36,604 nt of DNA from Octopus bimaculoides (taxonomy: Eukaryota). Below, piece by piece: positions 27,269 through 34,320 of this stretch. Position numbers and translations under genes: made by a program. The notes beneath the pieces are model-generated. The model saw nothing but the letters and a program-made list of their open reading frames with translations, made no database searches and was not told the origin of the DNA. The stretch is from contig NC_068989.1 in NCBI RefSeq assembly GCF_001194135.2, forward strand, positions 35,688,552 through 35,725,155, written 5' to 3'. Numbering within the stretch: position 1 is the stretch's first letter; each line of letters opens with the position of its first letter.

Positions 27269-30200
27269 CATCATCATCATCATCATCATCGTTTAACGNN
27301 NNNNNNNNNNNNNNNNNNNNNNNNNNNNNNNNNNNNNNNNNNNNNNNNNNNNNNNNNNNNNNNNNNNNNNNNNNNNNNNNNNNNNNNNNNNNNNNNNNNN
27401 NNNNNNNNNNNNNNNNNNNNNNNNNNNNNNNNNNNNNNNNNNNNNNNNNNNNNNNNNNNNNNNNNNNNNNNNNNNNNNNNNNNNNNNNNNNNNNNNNNNN
27501 NNNNNNNNNNNNNNNNNNNNNNNNNNNNNNNNNNNNNNNNNNNNNNNNNNNNNNNNNNNNNNNNNNNNNNNNNNNNNNNNNNNNNNNNNNNNNNNNNNNN
27601 NNNNNNNNNNNNNNNNNNNNNNNNNNNNNNNNNNNNNNNNNNNNNNNNNNNNNNNNNNNNNNNNNNNNNNNNNNNNNNNNNNNNNNNNNNNNNNNNNNNN
27701 NNNNNNNNNNNNNNNNNNNNNNNNNNNNNNNNNNNNNNNNNNNNNNNNNNNNNNNNNNNNNNNNNNNNNNNNNNNNNNNNNNNNNNNNNNNNNNNNNNNN
27801 NNNNNNNNNNNNNNNNNNNNNNNNNNNNNNNNNNNNNNNNNNNNNNNNNNNNNNNNNNNNNNNNNNNNNNNNNNNNNNNNNNNNNNNNNNNNNNNNNNNN
27901 NNNNNNACCACAACTGATGCTTCTAATGTTCAGCTTTTCTCTCAAGATACTTACACTCTGACGGGTATTCACATTGACATTACACATCCAACGGAGCATA
28001 CTGGCTTCATTCCTTGCGAGCTTACGTATGTCCTCAGCAGTTACAGCCCATGTTTCACTGCCATGTAGCATGGCTGTTCGTACGCATGCGTCATACAGTC
28101 TGCCTTTTACTCTGAGTGAGAGTCCCTTTGTCGCCAGCAGGGGTAAGAGCTCTCTAAACTTTGCCCAGGCTATTCTTATTGTAGCAGCTACACTTTCAGC
28201 GCACCCACCCCCACTACTAACTTGGTCGCCCAGATAGCGGAAGCTATCGACTTTCCAGTAATGAGAAAAAAGATAACTACAGACAACTTACTTGTAAGAC
28301 AGTACAACATCTGTACACTTTTTCAGAAATTCTTCAGCCATGTCCACAGTGGGTAAATCTTGTTCAACTGGTCGGTGTAGGTAACCAGGAATAAGCAAAA
28401 TATAATCCTAGAAAAATATTGTAAACTGTCTTTAAACAAATACTATTCCTCTTTGTCACCTGCCAGTTTATAATGCACATACACACACAAACATATGTAC
28501 ATTATGTATAAGCTCTAACATTTTATGTCAAGCCATCATCAGATGGTTATCATCAATCAGAAGCCTGTAGCATGATCTCCCATTAGCATTATATCATCCA
28601 ACTGTACTAGGATGATTTCATTAGCAGCTACCTCCATCAGCTGATTGCCTTTATGAAACTTCAAACAGCAGTGTATAAAATGGCTTAAGATAATACAAGC
28701 AATAAATATTACTCTACTTCAGACGTCAAGTTCTTTTTATTTTGTTCATAAAAATTAATTTGTAGATAGCAATACATGTAAATGACTATATGATGATGAT
28801 GATGATCATCATCATCAACATTTTTACATCTGCCCTCCATGCTTGAATGAGCTGGATGATTTGACAGAATCCTACAAATCAGAACCACATCATGCTCCAG
28901 TGTTTCATTTTAACCATGGCTTCTATAGTTGGATGCCCTTCCTAACACCATGCTTTACAGTGTACACTATCTCTGTTATTTGAACTATATATANNNNNNN
29001 NNNNNNNNNNNNNNNNNNNNNNNNNNNNNNNNNNNNNNNNNNNNNNNNNNNNNNNNNNNNNNNNNNNNNNNNNNNNNNNNNNNNNNNNNNNNNNNNNNNN
29101 NNNNNNNNNNNNNNNNNNNNNNNNNNNNNNNNNNNNNNNNNNNNNNNNNNNNNNNNNNNNNNNNNNNNNNNNNNNNNNNNNNNNNNNNNNNNNNNNNNNN
29201 NNNNNNNNNNNNNNNNNNNNNNNNNNNNNNNNNNNNNNNNNNNNNNNNNNNNNNNNNNNNNNNNNNNNNNNNNNNNNNNNNNNNNNNNNNNNNNNNNNNN
29301 NNNNNNNNNNNNNNNNNNNNNNNNNNNNNNNNNNNNNNNNNNNNNNNNNNNNNNNNNNNNNNNNNNNNNNNNNNNNNNNNNNNNNNNNNNNNNNNNNNNN
29401 NNNNNNNNNNNNNNNNNNNNNNNNNNNNNNNNNNNNNNNNNNNNNNNNNNNNNNNNNNNNNNNNNNNNNNNNNNNNNNNNNNNNNNNNNNNNNNNNNNNN
29501 NNNNNNNNNNNNNNNNNNNNNNNNNNNNNNNNNNNNNNNNNNNNNNNNNNNNNNNNNNNNNNNNNNNNNNNNNNNNNNNNNNNNNNNNNNNNNNNNNNNN
29601 NNNNNNNNNNNNNNNNNNNNNNNNNNNNNNNNNNNNNNNNNNNNNNNNNNNNNNNNNNNNNNNNNNNNNNNNNNNNNNNNNNNNNNNNNNNNNNNNNNNN
29701 NNNNNNNNNNNNNNNNNNNNNNNNNNNNNNNNNNNNNNNNNNNNNNNNNNNNNNNNNNNNNNNNNNNNNNNNNNNNNNNNNNNNNNNNNNNNNNNNNNNN
29801 NNNNNNNNNNNNNNNNNNNNNNNNNNNNNNNNNNNNNNNNNNNNNNNNNNNNNNNNNNNNNNNNNNNNNNNNNNNNNNNNNNNNNNNNNNNNNNNNNNNN
29901 NNNNNNNNNNNNNNATACATATATATACATATAGTGGATTCTCTCGTCATGAATGACAAATGAGGGTTCAATGAAATAAAGCAGTAATCATGTTCTATGG
30001 ACATGAATGGCTCTCTTGAGGTTTGTTAGTGCCTTGCAAACCTTTTGGGAAATGGAACAAGTTGAGGACTCAGTTTGCTTCATACATGTGTATGTGTGTG
30101 TTTGTGTGTGATGTGTGTCTATATGAATATGAATGTAGATGTGTATTTCTTTTTCACTTGTCTGACAATGTGTTTGCTCCATGCTGGCCCTGTGAGCTGC

Positions 30201-30751
30201 ATTTATAGTGTGATGTCATGAGCTGCTGAATACTGAAACCTGTGTAACAATCGGAATAAAGGAATACAAATTTATGCTCATGTATTTTTTCTCTTATTAG
30301 AAATATATATATCTATATGCTTTGTGATTGAATTTGGTAGGCGGAAGTTACTGTTGCGTGTGTATATGTCTGTGTATGTGCATGTGCCTCTCCGAAAGAG
30401 AGAGAGGGATATATGTATCTATTAGGAAAAAAATTATTCAATATATGTAACAGAGTTTATTTATTTCTTCTGGTAGTCATTCACTCAATAACATGTTCAG
30501 GCTGCTCTGACAATGATGACAACAGTGTGAAATTCTAGAAGTAGGCAAAATTATTAGTGTTCATAGACTTTTTAAAAATTCATTCCAGAAAATTTCTCTA
30601 CTTACAAGCCACATCTTCGAAGGTTTTGTAACAGTGAATTTGATGCGAGCTTCATTATTTGGGAAGTTCACTTCACTTTTTCCACTGTCTCCAAGTTTAA
30701 CAACTGCTCGACAACCAGTATCACTAGGACAATAATCAGCATAGAATGATC
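2211..30751 (-). CDS. LanA: Laminin subunit alpha, alpha-3/5 (LanA/epi-1/LAMA5) type; partial multi-exon gene (19 visible exons, one probably hidden in the N gap, continues beyond both window ends)
   Basis: Manually spliced exons: 30751-30606, 28407-28292, 25519-25317, 23751-23621, 22566-22496, 21436-21292, 19291-19151, 18493-18344, 18090-17998, 16389-16306, 15117-14996, 13383-13275, 11607-11494, [gap], 8080-7994, 7624-7413, 6371-6271, 5840-5660, 3891-3751, 2362-2211. All are GT-AG with compatible phases. The peptide follows the LAMA5 order as recalled: FCP..GCR..WLDY (LF), YNNG..PC, LE repeats, YW.AP..YLG....SYGG (L4), C.CP..Y.G.SC, LE repeats, CD.C..LLL.DL (coiled-coil start). Confidence 0.96.
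2492..2700 (-). mobile_element. tRNA-derived SINE, family C, with target-site duplication
   Basis: Flanked by a 21 bp direct repeat TTA(C/T)TCT(A/G)TTTAATAAATATT at 2471-2491 and 2701-2721. Homologous to the copies at 1091-1194, 20218-20425, 25692-25898 and 36222-36440. Confidence 0.75.
3308..3356 (-). ncRNA. Hammerhead motif copy with mutated core (probably inactive)
   Basis: Minus strand reads GTCT-CTGATTA-A-GGGATACCCCTAATATCCC-A-GAAG-C-AGCT-GT-A-AGAC, i.e. G8 to U and A15.1 to G relative to the plus copy. Confidence 0.6.
3424..3475 (+). ncRNA. Minimal type I hammerhead ribozyme motif (PLE-type), catalytic core intact
   Basis: TCT-CTGATGA-A-[GGGATATT-CCT-AATATTCC]-A-GAAA-C-AGCT-GT-A-AGAC. 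Core CUGAUGA, 8 bp stem II, GAAA, palindromic ACAGCTGT stem III and a GUA site (cleavage after 3469). Stem I is only 3 contiguous bp. Confidence 0.68.
3751..3891 (-). CDS. LanA: Laminin alpha exon (last LE repeat)
   Basis: 141 nt, tgtcag|GT...C|gtgagt; CSCARSGVSRTCDPVTGVCRCMEGYVGSSCNRCAKDWVKIPGKGCS. Confidence 0.95.
5410..5550. repeat. Compound (AAT/GAT/TAT/AGT)n microsatellite
   Basis: Visible trinucleotide runs. Confidence 0.8.
5660..5840 (-). CDS. LanA: Laminin alpha exon (LE repeat)
   Basis: 181 nt, tgacag|CCA...C|gtaagt; PNHYGFKDCNGCKSCDCGLASRSDSCDDMTGQCRCEPGAGGRKCDRCLDGYWDYGANGCK. Confidence 0.95.
6271..6371 (-). CDS. LanA: Laminin alpha exon (LE repeat)
   Basis: 101 nt, ttgcag|GG...TTG|gtaagt; CTCDTCGTSKCDDTFGFCYCKRNVVGKRCNRCL. 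Confidence 0.95.
7413..7624 (-). CDS. LanA: Laminin alpha exon (LE repeats)
   Basis: 212 nt, ttgaag|A...A|gtaagt; CSPGYYGDPLMVGGSCQPCQCSDNIDLNNPNSCDKKTGECRNCTNNSAGKNCDMCKEGWFGDPVIAKNCT. Confidence 0.96.
7994..8080 (-). CDS. LanA: Laminin alpha exon (LE repeat)
   Basis: 87 nt, ttgcag|C...AA|gtaagt; FAKNCVTNSHGATTFCSCKEGYRGAKCD. Confidence 0.93.
8525..8660 (+). mobile_element. RTE-tail-derived short retrocopy (similar tails at 19690-19845 + and 28795-28975 -)
   Basis: GGGCATCCAGCTGTAGAAAC..CATGGAAAGCGGACGTTAAAC(GAT)n is the reverse complement of the 33290-33430 RTE tail. Confidence 0.7.
8846..9797. other. Assembly gap (952 N)
   Basis: N run. Other gaps: 19084-19093, 27299-27906, 28994-29914, 34096-34105. 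Confidence 0.99.
9902..10304 (-). mobile_element. tRNA-derived SINE, family A (near full length)
   Basis: On the minus strand: TGGCTGTGGGGTAAGTAGC (A box) and GGTTCCGGGTTCAGTCCC (B box), a central (TG/TA)n tract and a GAAACAAGTAAAAAGAGTAAAGAG tail. Homologous copies elsewhere in the window. Confidence 0.8.
11210..11460. repeat. Degenerate (GTG/GTT/GAT)n trinucleotide low-complexity tract
   Basis: Runs of GGT/GTT/GAT directly downstream of the 11494 donor. Confidence 0.8.
11494..11607 (-). CDS. LanA: Laminin alpha exon (LE repeat)
   Basis: 114 nt, ttgcag|AAA...TTG|gtaata; KCAPGHYRRRKSPFFGLCSPCECNGHTKKCDPTTGECL. Confidence 0.95.
13275..13383 (-). CDS. LanA: Laminin alpha exon (end of L4, LE half-repeat)
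   Basis: 109 nt, gcacag|G...GAG|gtaaaa; LSNVQLEVATKNGNGNLAHTVEKCHCPPSYRGTSCE. Confidence 0.94.
14697..14970. repeat. Minisatellite, 75-85 bp unit x ~3.3
   Basis: Units start with CAACATTGTCAAA at 14697, 14772 and 14857, with a degenerate partial at 14939. They share ACATTACATAATGA and AGATGTCAATA. Confidence 0.85.
14996..15117 (-). CDS. LanA: Laminin alpha exon (L4/IVa domain)
   Basis: 122 nt, ttttcag|TAT...AG|gtgatg; YTFMHEIHSTPVRRDQFMMVLAHLEGIYIKASYLSKVLEI. Confidence 0.93.
15140..16027 (+). mobile_element. Tc1/mariner superfamily DD37D (maT/mori-type) transposon, internally deleted, non-autonomous
   Basis: ORF 15410-15856: MVFGVI..WQQDSA..WPPNSPDCNPLDY, with 37 residues between the second and third D. 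A premature TGA replaces R in FRSRLEA. Imperfect TIRs start CAGGGTGTG (15140) and end CACACCCTG (16027). TA flank on the right, CA on the left. The N-terminal part is mostly deleted. Confidence 0.9.
16306..16389 (-). CDS. LanA: Laminin alpha exon (L4/IVa domain)
   Basis: 84 nt, ctccag|GGC...GAG|gtaaag; GNNMSLAYYSKNPPENNRRQEFIVDLRE. Confidence 0.9.
16880..17222 (+). mobile_element. SINE family B (5'-truncated tRNA-like head, GC-rich body)
   Basis: B-box-like GTTTCAATTCCC and a GC-rich body ending GGATCAACTGGAACCCTCG..GACGGAGTGCCA, bounded by (TA/CA)-rich sequence. Confidence 0.55.
17998..18090 (-). CDS. LanA: Laminin alpha exon (L4/IVa domain)
   Basis: 93 nt, cttcag|ATT...GTG|gtaagt; IPSYGGRLSYKIVFSSKPDGVETVGPDVILV. 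Confidence 0.92.
18344..18493 (-). CDS. LanA: Laminin alpha exon (L4/IVa domain)
   Basis: 150 nt, tcacag|GTA...AAG|gttagt; VSTLRNWNIQNTIGVNIIASSHIRAKVNEQVSIPSEAIYWSAPSAYLGNK. Confidence 0.92.
18560..18900 (+). mobile_element. tRNA-derived SINE sharing the family A head with a different 3' half
   Basis: Head GGTTGTATGGTTAAGAAGCTT..AGGGCAAGTG. The 3' half resembles fragments at 6860-7020 and 7170-7260. Confidence 0.6.
19151..19291 (-). CDS. LanA: Laminin alpha exon (LE repeat leading into L4)
   Basis: 141 nt, ttacag|AAA...CAG|gtaggt; KNVEKSRCLGCLSGSFHLEKNNPNGCTTCFCFGVISSCSKSNLHWSQ. Confidence 0.95.
20218..20425 (+). mobile_element. SINE family C
   Basis: GGAGCTGGCAG..ATGCTAAGCGGCATTT..CATCCTTTCAGGGTTGATAAAATAAGTACCAG..CAAAATTTGAAACCAATATT. 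Confidence 0.7.
21292..21436 (-). CDS. LanA: Laminin alpha exon (LE repeats)
   Basis: 145 nt, tttcag|A...AAG|gtatct; CLNRFGGRTCDKCAPGSYSYPHCVPCACNATGAEDDVCDQDTGQCLCK. Confidence 0.95.
21960..22330 (+). mobile_element. PLE pLTR/retrozyme-like remnant with a decayed hammerhead (22069-22102)
   Basis: ATTT-CTGAAGA-A-GAG-CAAT-CTC-AAAAC-AT-T-AAAT in a pyrimidine-rich context. Two CG-to-CA changes would restore CGAAACGTT. Confidence 0.45.
22496..22566 (-). CDS. LanA: Laminin alpha exon (LE repeat)
   Basis: 71 nt, caatag|CAA...AA|gtaagt; QCGCNDRGVMNNDLNCDQNTGQC. Confidence 0.92.
23621..23751 (-). CDS. LanA: Laminin alpha exon (LE repeat)
   Basis: 131 nt, ttccag|GT...AAG|gtaagg; CECSIGLCHPVTGDCVCPPHVTGRKCDRCLPNTYAYDPYIGCK. 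Confidence 0.95.
23971..24358 (+). mobile_element. tRNA-derived SINE, family A
   Basis: Same head, core and tail as 9902-10304 in the opposite orientation. Confidence 0.78.
24475..24960 (-). mobile_element. tRNA-derived SINE, family A (diverged, expanded microsatellite core)
   Basis: Tail CTTTTACTTGGTTCAG..GACTGTGGCCATG at the left and head AAGCAAGCTTCTTAATCACACAG at the right. Confidence 0.72.
25317..25519 (-). CDS. LanA: Laminin alpha exon (LE repeat)
   Basis: 203 nt, ttacag|A...C|gtatgt; PSPTCSKQLFALTADYNNGTLPCKCDPDGSMSIDCERLGGQCRCLPNVIGRDCSTCKHGFYGFPSCK. Confidence 0.95.
25692..25898 (-). mobile_element. SINE family C
   Basis: GGCACAAGGCCTGAAATTTTGGGG..CTGGTACTTATT..AAGTCAAC..GAATTCAAACTCAGAA, reverse of the family C layout. 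Confidence 0.68.
25936..26460. mobile_element. Unclassified ~525 bp non-coding interspersed repeat flanked by (AAT)n
   Basis: GC-richer block from GCCCTGATGCAG to CTCTCTCACT, with AAT repeats at both edges, no ORF and no tRNA-like head. I recall it as a common octopus repeat but cannot verify that here. Confidence 0.45.
26462..26890 (+). mobile_element. 5'-truncated R4/Dong-clade (RLE) non-LTR retrotransposon, copy 1
   Basis: SDIV..CLIIDMAVPGDQHITMKEREKVDKYGDLRIEIAKMW*..VIPIVIGALGSI..LQKLALLRASCILHKVLSV*, a PD..D..K restriction-like endonuclease C-terminus. One internal stop, a 3' UTR and an (AAT)n tail. Confidence 0.85.
26963..27226 (+). mobile_element. 5'-truncated R4/Dong-clade retrotransposon end, copy 2 (different subfamily)
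   Basis: PKMAEVQKIVLMGTAHILRKILSM* followed by a ~180 nt 3' UTR unlike copy 1. (AAT)n on both sides. Confidence 0.78.
27269..28252 (-). mobile_element. 5'-truncated RTE-clade LINE (RT C-terminus; 3' part hidden in the N gap)
   Basis: VDSFRYLGDQVSSGGGCAESVAATIRIAWAKFRELLPLLATKGLSLRVKGRLYDACVRTAMLHGSETW..MLRWMC..LREKLNIRS. On the other side of the gap, CGTTAAAC(GAT)n matches the tail of the 33290 copy. Confidence 0.88.
28292..28407 (-). CDS. LanA: Laminin alpha exon (end of LF/IVb domain)
   Basis: 116 nt, ttctag|GAT...AA|gtaagt; DYILLIPGYLHRPVEQDLPTVDMAEEFLKKCTDVVLSY; continues WL-DY motif from the previous exon. Confidence 0.9.
30606..30751 (-). CDS. LanA: Laminin alpha exon (LF/IVb domain)
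   Basis: 146 nt, ttttag|G...CTT|gtaagt; (G)SFYADYCPSDTGCRAVVKLGDSGKSEVNFPNNEARIKFTVTKPSKMWL. Confidence 0.92.
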
Positions 30752-31477
30752 CTAAAATAACACAAAGGTTAAAAGAAATGCATTAGAAAATAATTATTAA
30801 ATGCTGATAGTTAACTATTAATGACTGTCTTAAGGAATTCATGTTTGGAGCAGTTTATCAAGAATTAAACTAAGCAAACAATAATCAGCATAGAATGTTA
30901 CTCAATATAAGTAAACAGAATATATTAGAAAGTAATTATTATAACTTGCAATGCTCATGGAAATTTCACAGTCTATTTTGTAGTACAGTGTCAGCCATAA
31001 ACATCTCACCACTCAGTAATAATATCCAATCATTTCCTTCATAATTCATTGATTGATTTCTAAGAAATCTTGTCTATTCTCTCACGCCATATTTTCTCTT
31101 CATCCTTGGTTTCTCATTCTGGCTTATGCAAAATACTCTTGCCTTTCATCATCATTTATATTTTGTCTTCTTTCTTGATTAACAATTCTCATTCTTTTCC
31201 TATTAGTTTCAGCTTCATTGTTCAAGATACAACAGACACACACTCTCTCTATTGCACACACAGCTTTACCGTCCCCTTCCCAATGCACATAAATTTTTTT
31301 TTACACCACAGGAAACTATTGTTAGCACTTTAATATAATAGATACTGACATATAATTTTAATGCATGCCTTAGTCTGTTTATCTAGAGCAAAACTAAACC
31401 AACAGATGAGTTTTTCTACAGTTGATTAAATCAGTGATTCACAAACTGACAAATAAAAGTCTTTGTTTGAACCTTAA

Positions 31478-31601
31478 AAATATTAGCCTTACTTCACAAA
31501 ATATCAACCCTTCTTACAAATTATTAGTCCTACCCTAAAAGTATTGGCCCTAATCCCACAAAATATTAGCCTTACTGCAGGAATTATTAGCCTTATCCCA
31601 C
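31478..31601. repeat. Degenerate ~21 bp minisatellite x6
   Basis: Repeated AA(A/T)TATTAGCCTTA core. Confidence 0.65.
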
Positions 31602-32734
31602 ATAACATAGCAATATGCCCACACACTTTTAAGTATTCACATTTTCCTCCTCCAGGATAGGGGCTTCCTTCTATGATAAATACTGAATTAAAAATGTGCA
31701 ACATTGGCATCCAAATCACCATCAAGTTTTGTATCATTCTTCAAAGCAGGAATCTCATGTTAAGTCCCAAATCTTAAAACAATATACCCTGTCCCCTGCT
31801 GCAAGATAAACTGAGTCAGAGACCCAATAGAGTGTTCTTCTCTGCTATTGGTCAACTCAAACAGATAACTGTAAGTTCAATCGCTGTGAAAAATGAGGGA
31901 TGAGCATCATCATTATGATCTGCCATCTTGTATTTTTGTTTCTTCATTTAAGAGTGTAGAAAAAGAGAAAATGGTTATTCCCTAACCAATAACCAATTTT
32001 TAATAACACTTTTTGTATATTCCTTGCTTTCAGATGAAAGACAACAGTTATTCAAACAAATTATTTCCTCCTCAAAGCAATTGAATTTAAAGAACTCTCT
32101 TGCTGACATTGTCAGTTTCCTTGTAATTCAGATTTACTCTGGGTGGTTCTCCTGTCATTTGAGGGAGAAGAGGATTCGGTTGTTTGATCAACTGAATTAC
32201 CTGCTCCTGAATTAATGTATAAATGGTTGAGTATTCTACAAACAACATATACCTTCAATGTAATTCTCAGGTAGAATCAGCATGATAAGGCTGTACCTTT
32301 TGAATTACAGGTACCAGCCATTTGATGGGCTCTATACAATTTGCACCTATCCAATTACACATACAAAGTATATATGTTGTCCCAAGGCTATAGAAAAATG
32401 ACACTTGCGCAAGATGCCATGCAGTAAGATGGAACCCAAGACCTCATGATTGCGAAGTGAACTTAGTAACTATTCACTTATACTAATAGACCCTACACCT
32501 GCAGAGTTGACTGTTGTTGTTACTGCTACTACAACTGTTTCTGTTGCTACTGATACAGCTGCTTGTTGTTGTTATTGTTGTTGAGAATAACAAAAACACA
32601 GAGCCAAATATCTTAAGTCCTTATCTTTTACATACTCCATATATCAACAACTCATTAACAGTTACAACATACACAAATACACACACACACATTTACAGAC
32701 ATGCACAATATATACAGACACACATGCAATTTAT

Positions 32735-33259
32735 GGCAGCATTCTGGTTTAAGCACTCTATATAACCCCTCATAACTTTTTTATTTTTTAGAATTTTCAG
32801 AAAATTTTTGCAAATTTGTGACCTACACAGGGGAATTCATATGATTAAGTAAAAAAAAATAATAAAAAAAAAATTTTTTAACACCCTTCCATCCCCATAA
32901 ATCCTAAAAGTTCTTCTACGAATTTTTTTTTTTTTAATCAGAGTTCAAAATAATGATGGTCCGAATTTATGGCATAAATCCCAGTAATAGACCATTTTTA
33001 GATACATCATCATTCCATTAAATGTGTTTATGGAGAGAAAAATATTGAAAAACATCAACACATGTCAGAGTAACAAAGAAATGAGGAAGGTCTAAATTGC
33101 CCTTAAATCACATGCAAAAACTTTTTTTATTTTCCTAAGAAGAAATAATTGTATGGATTCCCATGTGTAGAACACAAATTCACAAAAATTTACTGAAAAT
33201 TTCAAAAAAATAAAAAAGTTATGAGGGTTATATGGGGTCCTTAAACCAGAATTCTGCCC
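32735..33259. mobile_element. MITE / non-autonomous DNA transposon with ~110 bp terminal inverted repeats
   Basis: 32735-32846 (GGCAGCATTCTGGTTTAAGCACTCTATATAACCCCTCATAACTTTTTTATTTTTT..) is the reverse complement of 33147-33258 with scattered mismatches. AT-rich, no ORF. Confidence 0.82.
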
Positions 33260-33289
33260 AATATATATATATATATATATATGTATGTA

Positions 33290-34232
33290 TCATTATCATC
33301 ATCATCATTGTTTAACGTCCGCTTTCCATGCTGGTATGGGTTGGATGATTTGACTGAGGGCTGGCAAACCAGATGGCTGCACCAGGCTCCAATCTGATCT
33401 GGCAGAGTTTCTACAGCTGGATGCCCTTCCTAACATCAACCACTCTGAGAGTGTAGTGGGTGCTTTTACGTACCACCAACACAAGGGCTAGTCAGGTGGT
33501 ACTGGCAATGGCCATGCTCAAATGGAGTTTTTTACGTGCCACTTGCACAGGAGCCAGTCCAGCGGCACTGGCAATGAACTTGCTCAAATATTTCTCATGT
33601 GCCACTAGCACAAGTGCCAGTAAGGCGATGCTGCTAACGATCACACTCGAATGGTGCTTTTTATGTGCTACCGGCACGGAAGCTAGTCAGCTGCTCTGGC
33701 AATGATCACACTCGGATGGTGCTCTTAGCGCTCCACTAGGGCGGATGCCAGTCATTGAATTTGATTTCGATTTCACTTGCCTCAACAAGTCTTTGCAAGC
33801 AGAGTTTAGTGTCCAATGAAAGAAAGGTATGCATAAGTGGGCTGGTTACACCCCTAGCATAGGCCACAAGTTATGGTCTCACTTGGCTTGCCGGGTCTTC
33901 TCAAGCACAGCATATTTCCAAAGGTCTTGGTCACTAGTCATTGCCTTGGTGAGGCCTAATGTTCGAAGGTCATGCTTCACCACCTCATCCCAGGTCTTCA
34001 TGGGTCTAGCTCTTCCACAGGTTCCCTCAACTGCTAGGGTGTGGCACTTTTTCACACAGCTATCCTCATCCATTCTTGCCACATGACCATACCAGNNNNN
34101 NNNNNTCCTCATCCATTCTTGCCACATGACCATACCAGCACAGTCGTTTCTCTTGCACACCACATCTGATGCTTCTTAGGTCCAACTTTTCTCTAAAGTG
34201 ACTTGCACTCTGTCGAGTATGCACACTGACAT
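33290..34232 (-). mobile_element. 5'-truncated RTE-clade LINE 3' end with tandem-repeat 3' UTR
   Basis: FREKLDLRSIRCGVQEKRLCWYGHVARMDEDSCVKKC..GRARPMKTWDEVVKHDLRTLGLT..WKYAV. Four ~60 nt UTR repeats (33461-33725) and a (GAT)n tail. Confidence 0.88.
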
Positions 34233-34320
34233 TATATATATATATGCAGATACATATGCACAAATAAAAAGGCATATACACATATACACAAACACACACC
34301 TATAAAGGCATGCACACACA

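Noticed and set aside
15375-28542. Other CTGANGA hits (near 14270-, 15375+, 21180-, 22698+, 28540-; also 35391+)
   Set aside because: They lack a paired stem II followed by GAAA and a compatible UH site.
28994-29914. Possible hidden exon in this N gap
   Set aside because: The flanking exons join in frame and are contiguous by homology (KMWL|DYIL).
32024-32215. Plus-strand ORF preceded by an acceptor-like pyrimidine tract (nested gene?)
   Set aside because: No recognisable protein motif, no donor and no other plus-strand exons.
34063-34138. 33 bp direct repeat on both sides of a 10-N gap
   Set aside because: Typical unmerged contig overlap. The RTE reading frame is continuous once the overlap is collapsed.
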